DNA of 64,000 nt, from positions 519 to 64,518 of the forward strand of contig JAHEKC010000005.1 in NCBI GenBank assembly GCA_024638565.1, given 5' to 3'. A program made the translations under genes and the position numbers. The DNA comes from Bacteroidota bacterium. GTDB taxonomy: Bacteria > Bacteroidota > Bacteroidia > AKYH767-A > OLB10. This document shows positions 48,656-58,397 of this stretch, piece by piece (position 1 is the first letter of the stretch; the number at the start of each line of letters is the position of its first letter). The notes under the pieces were generated by a model that was given only the letters and a program-made list of their open reading frames with translations, did no database searches and had not been told where the DNA came from.

Positions 48656-50017
48656 TCAGTAGACACTCACATCATCCACCCGGTAAGTCGTGGTATTATT
48701 CGTGCCGTCGCCCGTGTACCTGAACCCGATATACCCGCTGCCGCTGAACATGGTAAGCGGAACGTTTCCGGAGGGCACCCAGTCATAGTTGTTGTTCGCC
48801 TGCCCTGCAAGCGTGGGGGACAGCGGTGTCCAGGTGGCGCCGGCAAACCCGCCTGCCGTGCCGTCAAAATCGGTGGAAATAAAAACGGCAAGCCCGTCAT
48901 GCGCCCAGAATGCCTGCGCGGAAATGAACGACAGGGTGTCCGCCGATGCCAGGTTCAGTTCAGGAGTGATCAGCCAGGTTTCCATGGCCGGCAGGCTGCT
49001 GCCGAAGGCCGTGGCCTGCCCGAAACTGTTTCCGCTGAAGGAGCCCCCGCGCCAGTACCGGTTCCCCTGGATGGCCAGGTTAAGCCAGCCGGAAAGTGCG
49101 ATGTCGGTGTTGTCCGACACGCCATCGAACGTTTCGGAAAGAATGGTGAAGCCGCCGGGTGGTGCCGCGCCGCATCGAGGCCCGGTAAATATGACATCGG
49201 AGGTGTTTCGGATCTTGATTTGCATGTCGGCAAGGTCCCACAGCCCGTTGGAATCGAATATCTGCAGGATGGCGTATACCCTGCCGTTGCCGTCGGGTAC
49301 GTTAGTGTTCGCGAATTCTGAAAACCCGCTGGTGCGCAGCACGATGCTCCCCGCCTGGCAGGTGTTGACCGTAAGGTTGCGGTCAATCTGCAGGAACCCG
49401 TTGGCGTAGGTCGTGTCAGGTACTGCAAACTCCGCGCTGTCAATAACCACCAGCCGGTTCAGGTAGGAGCGGTAATTGGAAAAGGCAAGGTCACCGGGGC
49501 GCAGGGTTACCGCGTCGACCGGGTGATAGTAGGAGCCCTTGATCAAAAAGTCCCTTACCAGTAGGGAGGGAATGCGGCCGAGCGTGCCGTCGGGCTCGAC
49601 AAAGGCACCCAGCTGGATAAGCCCGTTGTAATCGCCTATCCATAAACCCCTGCATTTGACGAACACTTTGCGGCCCAGGGGATACTCGGAATGATAGTCG
49701 GACCGGTCCAGCACCACGGCAATGCCGCCGGTATGGTCCTGAAGTATGATCTCCTTGAAGAAGTTGCCTGATTTGTCGTCGGCCGCCACGATAGTTTCAA
49801 TGTAGACATCGGCGGTAATTTCCACCGCGCCGTTCGGGGCAAACCATCCCAGGAGGCTGTCCACGCTGATCTTTGTGCCGGATACTGCCGGGTCACCGGT
49901 AGAGGGCGAGGGGTTGTCATAGTCATTTTTTATACACCCTGACAGGATGACCGTGGCCAGCAGGATGGCCGGCAGGTGCTTCAATGAGTTGTTCGGTTGA
50001 AAAATGATGTTCCGCAT
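48656..50017 (-). CDS. DUF5689 domain surface lipoprotein with C-terminal jelly-roll-like domain
   Basis: Lipobox LSGC; ADDKSGNFFK.I.LQD.TGGI, LRTSGFSEFA and ETWLITP. Confidence 0.75.
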   Translation of the reverse strand: MRNIIFQPNNSLKHLPAILLATVILSGCIKNDYDNPSPSTGDPAVSGTKISVDSLLGWFAPNGAVEITADVYIETIVAADDKSGNFFKEIILQDHTGGIAVVLDRSDYHSEYPLGRKVFVKCRGLWIGDYNGLIQLGAFVEPDGTLGRIPSLLVRDFLIKGSYYHPVDAVTLRPGDLAFSNYRSYLNRLVVIDSAEFAVPDTTYANGFLQIDRNLTVNTCQAGSIVLRTSGFSEFANTNVPDGNGRVYAILQIFDSNGLWDLADMQIKIRNTSDVIFTGPRCGAAPPGGFTILSETFDGVSDNTDIALSGWLNLAIQGNRYWRGGSFSGNSFGQATAFGSSLPAMETWLITPELNLASADTLSFISAQAFWAHDGLAVFISTDFDGTAGGFAGATWTPLSPTLAGQANNNYDWVPSGNVPLTMFSGSGYIGFRYTGDGTNNTTTYRVDDVSVY

Positions 50018-50027
50018 TTTCTCTGTC

Positions 50028-52739
50028 TTAATTAAAGCGTAGGATCAGGCTCAGGTAATAGGTGGTACCGTAGGCGAAATAATATTTGGGAGTGAAGAAT
50101 TCAAGATCGTCGATCTCGCTGTACCTGGAATACTCGTACCCGCCGGTTATGAGCTCTTTGTTGTTCAGCAGGTTGTTCACGCCCAGCTGGAATACCAGGT
50201 AATTTCTTTTTTTCATGGACCTGAACGTGTTATCGAGTTTCCAGGACCAGCGGGCAAACATATCCACGGTGACCTGCCCGCCGGTTTCCTCCTGCCGGAG
50301 GATGGCTTGCCAGTCGTCCGAGCCGGGCTCGACCAGGTCCAGCGCCTCGCGGTTGCGGCGCCCGGGGAAGTAATCTATATACGTGCGGTCGAAATAGTTG
50401 ACATTGGCGGTTATAAACCAGTGGCGCGGTGATCGGTACTTGATACCCATTGTCAGGGCTGTCTGCGGCGTGCCGGCCACGTGCAGGTTTTTGATGAATA
50501 CCGTATCGTTTGCGGTGATCACGGTGGCGAGGTTATCCTGCGTCACCACGGCCACCGGCCTTTCCGAATAGTAGTATTCCCCGACGGCCGCCGCGGCTTC
50601 AATGCTCCATCCGCCACCGATGTCCGCATTGACCCCGGCTTCGATGCCACGATGTGTCGTTTCGACCCCTTTCTGGGTGTAGTTCACAAATGCATCGTTG
50701 CTGTCATCGTAATAGCTCTTGGTGCGGGTGCCGTTGGAAAAGACACCCAGGAACCCGGTAAGCCTTACTTTCAGCCGCGGGGCTTTCAGCTGGTAGCCAC
50801 CTTCCACCATCCGGATGTCTTCGTTCTCCAGGCCCGGAGCCACCTGGTTCCGCGTGCGGGGTGAGACGAAGCTGTTTTCGAATACAGGTGCCTTTGTGCC
50901 GCTGAAAGCGTTCAGGTAAAAGTAATTCCGGCCGTCGACCTTGTAGGTGATCCCCGCCTTCAGGGAATAGTTATAAAAATCGAGCGTTTCTGATTTCCCG
51001 AGCGAGCTGTCGGGGAACAGCCCGTTGCGGTAGTGGCCGTCACGGAAAAACGAAACCGACGACAGTTCGGCGGCGGCGAAGTAGTCGAACTTGCTCTTTT
51101 CGATCCTTGCCTGCAGCCACGCGGCGGACCGGCGGACGGAAGCCGTGTAATGGTAACTGAACTTTTCACCTTCCGTTGCCCTGCGGTCGGGATTTTCCAG
51201 GTCGTTCTGGTAGGCTTCCGGGGTGCCGGGGAAGTCCCGGCGGGCGAACTTGTTGATGTCGAGCACGTACGCTGCACCCAGCAGGTCGTTTACTTCCTTG
51301 TAGTGCTCCGACTGCTGGCTGACGAACGAAAGCCCCCCGTTAATGGTATTGCCATCGCCCGAAAGGGTGATCACGCTGTTAAATGAAAGAATGTCGTTTT
51401 CCGTTACGCGGTCGCTGAGTACATACACCGCGGTGTCGCCTGACAGGAAGTTGGCCTGGTACATCATATCCCAGTCTACCTGGCGGGCAGCCTCGTCATT
51501 CCGCAGCAGCTGCGCCAGCTGGTCGCCCGCTCCCGTGAAACCCTGGACATAATACCAGGAAGGAAGGTTGCGGTAATAGTCGGGTCGCGGGTCAGGTGCC
51601 TCGAACCAGTCCAGGGAAGAAACCGCTGAACGGCCCGTGACATATCCCACTGCGGAAAAAACCGAAACACTTTCATTGATGGCATAGTCGTGCGTCAGGA
51701 TGGTTGCCGGCTGGTGTCCCTCGCGGACACGTGCATTGCGTTTCTGCCCGTCCTGGTAACCCCAGTTGGGGTTGTAGTAATTCGTCCCTGCCAGTTCATT
51801 CATTTCCCGCACGGACGCGGATGCCAGGCCGGCGCGGGAGGGCGCACCGATGATGGTGAGCGCGAGCGAGTGGTTGGGGTGGAATATCTTTTCGGCGGAC
51901 CCGAAGTAACCCCAGCTGTCATAAAAGGTGCCGTCCACGTATCCTTCCTGCGCCCATCGGCGGGAGCCGCCGAGGGCGAACGACCATCCGCCCGGGAGGA
52001 TGCCGGTGCCGTACGAGCCCATGATGCGGTTCGTGTATGACCCGTTGGCGGAGGACCAGGTAAACTGCGCTTGTTTTCGCTGTCCTGCCGCCCGGCTGTC
52101 AATAAGGTATGAGCCTCCCGCGCCACCGAAGGCATAATTGGCGGGCGTCAGTCCTGTGACGGATTCCCGGTTGCGCACCATGTCATTCAGCCCGCTCCAG
52201 AGGTAATACATATTGCGTCCCCGGCGCAGGTCTGTCATCGGGGCACCGTTCATGTAAGCGGAAAAATGCTTTTGATTGTAGCCACGCAGGCGAAACCGCG
52301 CTGCCCCGAAACGGTATGCCGCCGCCGATTCAAATGCATCCCTGGAGGCGCCCAGTATGCCGGCCACGTCCTCACCGTCATCATCCTCAAAATCCGCTTC
52401 CGCAATCGTCACTACCGGCAGGCCTCCGTCTTCGTAGCTCATTCCTGCGGTGTAGAATGAAAGTTCTTCCAGGGTTACATCATCCTTGACAGAAACGGCA
52501 TGCACCAGCCGGGCATGTCCGGGAAGGTCGACCCACAGATCGTACGTGCCGGCTTCGACATCCATGATGGCAAAACGGCCCGCCGCATCGGTAGTATCGG
52601 ACAGGGTGGTGCCGGCCAGTTGCACCACCGCTCCTGCCACCGGGTCCTGGTCTTCTGTGACCGTGCCGCTCAGCGTCGCCTGTTGCGCCCGCAATGCTAC
52701 GGGGGCAAAAGCCAGCAGGAGGATCACCAATCTACACAT
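50028..52739 (-). CDS. TonB-dependent receptor with N-terminal carboxypeptidase-regulatory-like domain
   Basis: Signal peptide (LRA|Q); TTDAAGRF; plug RFRLRGY...YMNG.PM; YNPNWGYQDG.KRNAR; PDPRPDYYR; C-terminal YYLSLILRFN. Start placed at ATG 52739. Confidence 0.85.
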   Translation of the reverse strand: MCRLVILLLAFAPVALRAQQATLSGTVTEDQDPVAGAVVQLAGTTLSDTTDAAGRFAIMDVEAGTYDLWVDLPGHARLVHAVSVKDDVTLEELSFYTAGMSYEDGGLPVVTIAEADFEDDDGEDVAGILGASRDAFESAAAYRFGAARFRLRGYNQKHFSAYMNGAPMTDLRRGRNMYYLWSGLNDMVRNRESVTGLTPANYAFGGAGGSYLIDSRAAGQRKQAQFTWSSANGSYTNRIMGSYGTGILPGGWSFALGGSRRWAQEGYVDGTFYDSWGYFGSAEKIFHPNHSLALTIIGAPSRAGLASASVREMNELAGTNYYNPNWGYQDGQKRNARVREGHQPATILTHDYAINESVSVFSAVGYVTGRSAVSSLDWFEAPDPRPDYYRNLPSWYYVQGFTGAGDQLAQLLRNDEAARQVDWDMMYQANFLSGDTAVYVLSDRVTENDILSFNSVITLSGDGNTINGGLSFVSQQSEHYKEVNDLLGAAYVLDINKFARRDFPGTPEAYQNDLENPDRRATEGEKFSYHYTASVRRSAAWLQARIEKSKFDYFAAAELSSVSFFRDGHYRNGLFPDSSLGKSETLDFYNYSLKAGITYKVDGRNYFYLNAFSGTKAPVFENSFVSPRTRNQVAPGLENEDIRMVEGGYQLKAPRLKVRLTGFLGVFSNGTRTKSYYDDSNDAFVNYTQKGVETTHRGIEAGVNADIGGGWSIEAAAAVGEYYYSERPVAVVTQDNLATVITANDTVFIKNLHVAGTPQTALTMGIKYRSPRHWFITANVNYFDRTYIDYFPGRRNREALDLVEPGSDDWQAILRQEETGGQVTVDMFARWSWKLDNTFRSMKKRNYLVFQLGVNNLLNNKELITGGYEYSRYSEIDDLEFFTPKYYFAYGTTYYLSLILRFN

Positions 52740-52859
52740 GAAAAAAGCCAGGGTCCGGGTTAGTGGTGTAAAGCTAATCAAACGGCATTGCAGGGAAATG
52801 TTTCCATGATAAATTATTGCATACCTTTATAAGTATATATGATATCAGGGTGGAATTTC

Positions 52860-53690
52860 ATGCGCACGGGCGCAATGCTTGCTGTTATTGCGCCTTTTTT
52901 TTTAAAGCAGGCTTCCGGGCAGGTGATGAGCCAGGGGCCCTTCAATCCGGGTGCGGTTACCTATGAGTTCGTCGGTTGCCTGGGATGTCCGGGTGCGGAA
53001 TGGCTGAACCCGCAGCTGGCCATGCTCCCTGACAGCCAGTTTGCATCGACACCCCTCCAGGCCTATCCGAATTGCTTTCAAAGCGCCTGCTACCATGCGC
53101 GGGGAATGCTGGCCAGTGGATTCGGATTCAGCATACCACCGAATGCCACTGTTACCGGCATAACGGTAGACATCTTGCGCAAGGCATATACCTCGGGGAC
53201 CATTCGCGATTCGGCGGTGGCGCTGATCAAGAACGGCCAGAATGCGGGAGCACCCAAGGTGGGACCCGATCCGTGGCCGCTGATGGCGCAATACAAGACC
53301 TATGGCGATACAGCCGATGTATGGGGGACCACATGGACACCGGCAGATCTGAACAGCGCGCAGTTTGGCGTATACCTGAAGCCCATGAACAAGTCCGGGG
53401 GATTTGATTCTGCTGCCGTGGACCAAATCAGGGTAACGGCCCATTATACCGTTCCCGTATCCGTTCCGCTCCTGGCGGGCCATGAGCTGAGCTTTTACTA
53501 TGATCCCGGCACCCGTGAGCTGGTCCTGCAAAGTGCCGGGAAAGAGGGGATCGTCCGGGTTTACGATTCCGCCGGCCGCCTGGCGTGGGCGGGGTCCTGT
53601 GATGGGGTTTGCAGGCCCACACTGGCACCCGGGCTATATGTGGCCACTTTGTTGAATGGGCCGTCCATCCGGTTCGTCATGGCTGAGTGA
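52860..53690 (+). CDS. Secreted hypothetical protein with a degenerate T9SS-type CTD
   Basis: Signal peptide (ASG|Q); GFGFSIP.NATVTGI.V and YG...DVWGTTWT.ADLN; C-terminal VRVYDSAGRL...LAPGLYV. Confidence 0.7.
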   Translation: MRTGAMLAVIAPFFLKQASGQVMSQGPFNPGAVTYEFVGCLGCPGAEWLNPQLAMLPDSQFASTPLQAYPNCFQSACYHARGMLASGFGFSIPPNATVTGITVDILRKAYTSGTIRDSAVALIKNGQNAGAPKVGPDPWPLMAQYKTYGDTADVWGTTWTPADLNSAQFGVYLKPMNKSGGFDSAAVDQIRVTAHYTVPVSVPLLAGHELSFYYDPGTRELVLQSAGKEGIVRVYDSAGRLAWAGSCDGVCRPTLAPGLYVATLLNGPSIRFVMAE

Positions 53691-53913
53691 TACCAGGCAG
53701 TCCGCATTTCTAATGTGAAACCATCTCAAAGATGTTTCAGGATAATATGCCCGCCCACACATCTAACTCCTCAAGGGGGAGGCCACGCGTCAAAGTGTCG
53801 AGAACGGTTGTCCCTCCAGGGAACCAGAGGGTAGCGCGAGACACTGCCTGTATTTGAGATGGATTATGGTTTCTTTTCCGGAACTCATTCATTACGTAGC
53901 TTTACAAGCCGTT

Positions 53914-54960
53914 ATGTCTAAAAAACTCCTGTGGTGTGTGTTGTGGCTTGTCCCCTTGTACGGGTGTGCACAGGATAATGGGGAGCGGCATTACCGGATC
54001 GCCCTGGTGGGTTTTTACAACCTGGAAAATCTGTTTGATACCCTGGACGGGCCGAATAATGACGAGGAGTTTCTCCCGCGCGGAGCGAAACAGTACACCG
54101 GTGCCGTTTATTGGGACAAGCTGGATAAACTGGTACGTGTTATTTCCGGAATCGGCAAGAACCGCTCTCCCGACGGTCTTGCGTTGATGGGTTGTGCAGA
54201 GGTAGAGAATGAAACCGTGCTCCGGGACCTGGTGGCGCATCCGGGCCTGGCGGATCGCAACTATGGCTACGTGCATTTCGACTCGCCGGATGAGCGCGGC
54301 ATCGACGTGGCGTTGCTGTATAACCCCCGATATTTTTATTTATTTACCGGCAGGCCACTGCTTGTCGACAACCGTTATCCGGACGGCAGCCCGCGGCACA
54401 CGCGTGATATCCTGTATGTTCACGGGAAGCTGTCAGGGGAGGAGGTTCATGTGCTGGTGGCACACTGGCCGTCACGACGGGGGGGTGAGCAGGCGACATC
54501 GCCTTACCGGGAGCAGGCCGCGGCCGTTTGCCGCACCGTGATCGATTCGGTACTGGCGGCAGACCCGGGGGCGCGCATCATTTTAATGGGAGACCTGAAC
54601 GACGATCCCGTAAACAAAAGTGTGGTTGAAGTGCTTGAAAGTAAATCGGAGCCTGAAGAGGTGGATGGCAGCAGCATGTACAACCCGTGGATGGAATACT
54701 ACCGCAGCGGTAAGGGAACGCTGGCTTACAGGGATGCCTGGAACCTGTTCGACCAGATCCTGCTGTCCGGCGCATGGCTTGACCGCACCGGTGACGGTTT
54801 TTTCTTTCATAAGGCTGTTATCTATCATAAATCCTGGATGAGACAGCACCGGGGCAGGTACCGCGGATATCCGTTACGGACTTACAACTGGAATAAATAC
54901 ATGGGAGGGTACAGCGATCACTTTCCAACTTACGTGGTCCTGCTCAAGGCGCGGGATTGA
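53914..54960 (+). CDS. Secreted endonuclease/exonuclease/phosphatase (EEP) family protein
   Basis: FYNLENLFD, EVEN, DSPDERGIDVALLY, HWPSR, MGDLND, FDQI and YSDHFP; signal peptide or lipobox LYGC. Start placed at ATG 53914. Confidence 0.92.
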   Translation: MSKKLLWCVLWLVPLYGCAQDNGERHYRIALVGFYNLENLFDTLDGPNNDEEFLPRGAKQYTGAVYWDKLDKLVRVISGIGKNRSPDGLALMGCAEVENETVLRDLVAHPGLADRNYGYVHFDSPDERGIDVALLYNPRYFYLFTGRPLLVDNRYPDGSPRHTRDILYVHGKLSGEEVHVLVAHWPSRRGGEQATSPYREQAAAVCRTVIDSVLAADPGARIILMGDLNDDPVNKSVVEVLESKSEPEEVDGSSMYNPWMEYYRSGKGTLAYRDAWNLFDQILLSGAWLDRTGDGFFFHKAVIYHKSWMRQHRGRYRGYPLRTYNWNKYMGGYSDHFPTYVVLLKARD

Positions 54961-55041
54961 TGCGTGCCGGGATGAGCGTGACCGGCATCGGCCTCTTGTC
55001 AAATTACTACCTTCGTACACCTACACCATACTTTTACGGAA

Positions 55042-56016
55042 ATGAATAAGGGACCTGTTTCAGGGTTTATGGAGCGCCATTACCGGCACTTTAATGCAGC
55101 CTCGGTGGTGGATGCCGCACGGGCCTATGAAGAATCGCTTGAGAACGGTGGGCAAATGATGGTTACGCTCGCGGGCGCCATGAGCACCGGTGAACTGGGG
55201 TTGTCGCTCGCGGAGATGATCCGGCAGGACAAGGTGCAAATCATTTCCTGTACCGGTGCCAACCTGGAAGAGGACCTGATGAACCTGGTGGCGCATTCAC
55301 ACTACAAGCGCATACCGGAATACCGCGACCTGACACCGGCGCAGGAATGGGAACTGCTGGAACAGAAGCTCAACCGGGTCACAGATACCTGCATTCCTGA
55401 GGAGGAGGCATTCAGGCGGATCGAGCGACTGGCTTTGGATGGCTGGAAGCGCGCCGAAGCGGCAGGTGAACGCTATTTTCCGCACGAATACCTTTACCAG
55501 CTGATCCGAACGGGGGTACTTAAAGCGCATTACGAGATTGACCCCAGTGATTCCTGGCTTGTAGCCGCAGCTGAAAAGAACCTGCCCATAGTCGTGCCGG
55601 GATGGGAGGACAGTACGCTGGGCAACATTTTTTCAGCTTATATGATCCGTGGGGAACTCAAGAGCACCACGGTAAAAAGCGGCGTGGAATACATGGTCAT
55701 GCTTGCCGACTGGTACAGGAATAACTGTGCGGAAAAAGGCGCTGGTTTTTTTCAGATCGGGGGCGGCATAGCGGGCGACTTCCCGATTTGCGTGGTACCC
55801 ATGATGCACCAGGACCTGGGGATCGAGGATGTGTCTTTCTGGAATTACTTTTGCCAGATCTCCGACTCCACCACCAGCTACGGGTCGTACAGCGGCGCAG
55901 TGCCCAATGAAAAGATCACCTGGGGAAAGCTGGGGATCGATACGCCAAAGTTCATTATCGAAAGCGACGCTACCATCGTGGCCCCGCTCGTGTTCGCCTG
56001 GATCCTGGGGTGGTGA
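55042..56016 (+). CDS. Deoxyhypusine synthase-like protein
   Basis: LAGAMST, TGANLEED, IGGG, SYSGA.PNEKITWGK and ESDATI. Confidence 0.9.
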   Translation: MNKGPVSGFMERHYRHFNAASVVDAARAYEESLENGGQMMVTLAGAMSTGELGLSLAEMIRQDKVQIISCTGANLEEDLMNLVAHSHYKRIPEYRDLTPAQEWELLEQKLNRVTDTCIPEEEAFRRIERLALDGWKRAEAAGERYFPHEYLYQLIRTGVLKAHYEIDPSDSWLVAAAEKNLPIVVPGWEDSTLGNIFSAYMIRGELKSTTVKSGVEYMVMLADWYRNNCAEKGAGFFQIGGGIAGDFPICVVPMMHQDLGIEDVSFWNYFCQISDSTTSYGSYSGAVPNEKITWGKLGIDTPKFIIESDATIVAPLVFAWILGW

Positions 56017-56198
56017 CGGGGTGATGCTGAAATCAGGGAGTTCCAGGCATGGATAATGCGCAGTGCCACTGCCACTTGTTTCACCAACAAACCATTTCCC
56101 TTGTAACGATTGCCTCATCCCGGCAGGTGGCTTAATAATTACTAGATTTGGCTTGATTGCAAAGGGCTTTGGCCATCGTTTTATAAACCAACCCCGCT

Positions 56199-56933
56199 TT
56201 GTCAGCCAACCTGGTCATCATTCCAACGTATAACGAACGGGAAAACATCGCCGCGATCATCGAAGCGGTTCTGGGGCTTCCGGAAACCTTCGATGTACTC
56301 GTGATCGATGACAATTCCGGCGACGGCACGGCGGATATCGTAAGGAAGATGCAGGCCGGTCATCCGGATCGCGTTTTCCTGGAAGTCCGGGAAGGTAAGC
56401 TTGGCCTTGGCACCGCTTATATCCACGGTTTCAAGTGGGCCTTGCAGCGGTCCTATGAATATATTTTCGAAATGGACGCCGATTTTTCCCATAATCCCTC
56501 CGACCTGACGGAATTGCTGGGCGCTTGCCGTGATGACAATGCCGACATGGCAATCGGATCACGATATATCAAAGGCATCACCGTGGTCAACTGGCCTATC
56601 GGAAGGGTGCTGCTTTCCTATTTCGCTTCCGTGTATGTGCGGCGTGTCACCGGTATGCCCGTACGCGATGCCACGGCAGGTTTCGTTTGCTACCGGCGCA
56701 AGGTGCTTGATGCCATAGACCTGGACCGGGTAAAATTCGTCGGCTACGCTTTCCAGATCGAAATGAAGTTCACTGCCTGGAAAACGGGCTTCAGCCTGCA
56801 GGAGGTACCCATCATTTTCGTGGACCGGAAAAAGGGAAAATCAAAGATGAGCGGCGGAATTTTCAGCGAAGCTTTTTTCGGGGTGGTGGAGCTGAAAGTG
56901 AAGAGCTGGTTCCGGAAATACCGGAAAGGGTAG
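56199..56933 (+). CDS. Polyprenol monophosphomannose synthase (GT2, DPM1-like)
   Basis: IIPTYNE, DDNS.DGT, GLGTAY, EMDADFSH, GSRY and GYAFQIE; TAGATTTG at 56143-56150. Confidence 0.9.
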   Translation: MSANLVIIPTYNERENIAAIIEAVLGLPETFDVLVIDDNSGDGTADIVRKMQAGHPDRVFLEVREGKLGLGTAYIHGFKWALQRSYEYIFEMDADFSHNPSDLTELLGACRDDNADMAIGSRYIKGITVVNWPIGRVLLSYFASVYVRRVTGMPVRDATAGFVCYRRKVLDAIDLDRVKFVGYAFQIEMKFTAWKTGFSLQEVPIIFVDRKKGKSKMSGGIFSEAFFGVVELKVKSWFRKYRKG

Positions 56934-57245
56934 ACGGGTTGCCTGTAAAAAAACATAGCGTGTATCGTCGTACGTGGTGTGGCTGCCGTTCGGCCGGGCC
57001 ATTCGGTCGGTCGGGAAAGCTTAAAGTTCAAAATTATGATATGCGCGCAAGCAGCCCGAATGACCGGGTCATCGGTCAGGCAGGAAACTTCACCGATCGC
57101 TTTTCACTATTTCAAATGATCCCAACATACCCCCGGCTACTGAAGGGGCGGGCCGACGCACGCTTACTGCTTGCGCTGCTACAGCCACTGCGACCTGACA
57201 AGAAAAGCAGCATCTTGAACGTGGCTAATCGGTTGCCAAATAAAA

Positions 57246-58295
57246 TCACTCCCTGTCCTTGAACGCCTCCCATCCCTGGGCTTTAAGTGGAGTTTCCGTA
57301 TCCCCTTTTCCGATCAATGCCTTCCCGGAATCTTTGTTTGTGATGTGTCCGATCACATGAACATCCTTGATGGTGCGAATTTTTTCGAAGTCGTTCTGGT
57401 TGACAGTGAACAGCAACTCGTAGTCCTCTCCGCCGTTCAGCGCGCATACCGTGGGGTTCATGTTGAACTCCTCTGCCAGTTCGGCTGATTTAACGTCGAT
57501 GGGGATCTTCTCCTCGTAAATCCTGCAGCCGGTTCCGGATTTCTCACAGATATGGAACAGCTCTGACGCGAGGCCATCGGAGATATCCATCATCGAAGTG
57601 GGTTTCACGCCGGCCGTACGGAGGTCTTCCACAATGTCATGCCGGGCCTCTGGTTTAAGCTGTCGTTCCAGCAGGTAGTCATAGCCCGTGAGGTCGGGTT
57701 GCACGCCGGGGTTTTCCGCGAAAACGCGTTTTTCCCGGTTAAGCAGTTGCAGGCCCAGGTAGGCGGCCCCCAGGTCACCGGACACGCAAATCAGGTCATG
57801 CTCTTTGGCCGTGTGCCGGTAGGTCAGCGCATCGCGGTCCGCCTTGCCGATGGCGGTTACGGAAAGGATCAGTCCGCTGGACGAGGCATTGGTATCGCCG
57901 CCCGCCAGGTCCACCTGGTATTTCTGGCATGCCAGCCGGACTCCTTCGAACAGCTCTTCCACGGCCTCCAGCGAAAAGCGGTTGGACAATGCCACGGAAA
58001 CCAGCACCTGTCCCGGCGTGGCATTCATGGCGTAGATGTCGGACAGATTGACCACTATAGCCTTGTAACCCAGGTGTTTAAGCGGCATGTATGACAAATC
58101 GAAATGAACCCCTTCAGCCAGCAGGTCCGTACTGATGACCACAGGCTGCCCTCCGGTATCGATTACAGCGGCATCGTCGCCGATACCGGTCAGGGTGTCG
58201 GCGCGGGTGGCCGGGAATACACTGGCCAGGCGGCTGATAAGGCCGAATTCCCCGATCCGGGACAGCTCCGTCCTGTTTTCCTTGTTCTCGAACAT
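57246..58295 (-). CDS. thiL: Thiamine-monophosphate kinase
   Basis: GEFGLI, GIGDDAAV, EGVHFD, NLSDIYAM, GGDT, DISDGL and GGEDYEL. Start placed at ATG 58295. Confidence 0.96.
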   Translation of the reverse strand: MFENKENRTELSRIGEFGLISRLASVFPATRADTLTGIGDDAAVIDTGGQPVVISTDLLAEGVHFDLSYMPLKHLGYKAIVVNLSDIYAMNATPGQVLVSVALSNRFSLEAVEELFEGVRLACQKYQVDLAGGDTNASSSGLILSVTAIGKADRDALTYRHTAKEHDLICVSGDLGAAYLGLQLLNREKRVFAENPGVQPDLTGYDYLLERQLKPEARHDIVEDLRTAGVKPTSMMDISDGLASELFHICEKSGTGCRIYEEKIPIDVKSAELAEEFNMNPTVCALNGGEDYELLFTVNQNDFEKIRTIKDVHVIGHITNKDSGKALIGKGDTETPLKAQGWEAFKDRE

Positions 58296-58310
58296 GAAGA
58301 TTGTCTGACG

Positions 58311-58378
58311 CAAATGTAAGATTATTAGCGCTTTATGTTACCATGAATCTAGAAATCGTCCCAATATCCATATCTTTG
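58311..58378. promoter_or_regulatory. Divergent -7 promoter boxes for thiL and the suf operon
   Basis: TACATTTG on the minus strand (58311-58318) and TATCTTTG on the plus strand (58371-58378). Confidence 0.7.
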
Positions 58379-58397
58379 TGTAAATTATACTGAAAAC

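Noticed and set aside
56934..57245. 107-aa ORF or ncRNA between the GT2 gene and thiL
   Set aside because: TTG start, no motifs, overlap with the thiL end and no convincing structure. A structured RNA cannot be fully excluded without a covariance search.
58296..58397. TPP riboswitch upstream of thiL
   Set aside because: The roughly 100-bp A/T-rich spacer lacks the CTGAGA...ACCTG core and is accounted for by two divergent promoters.
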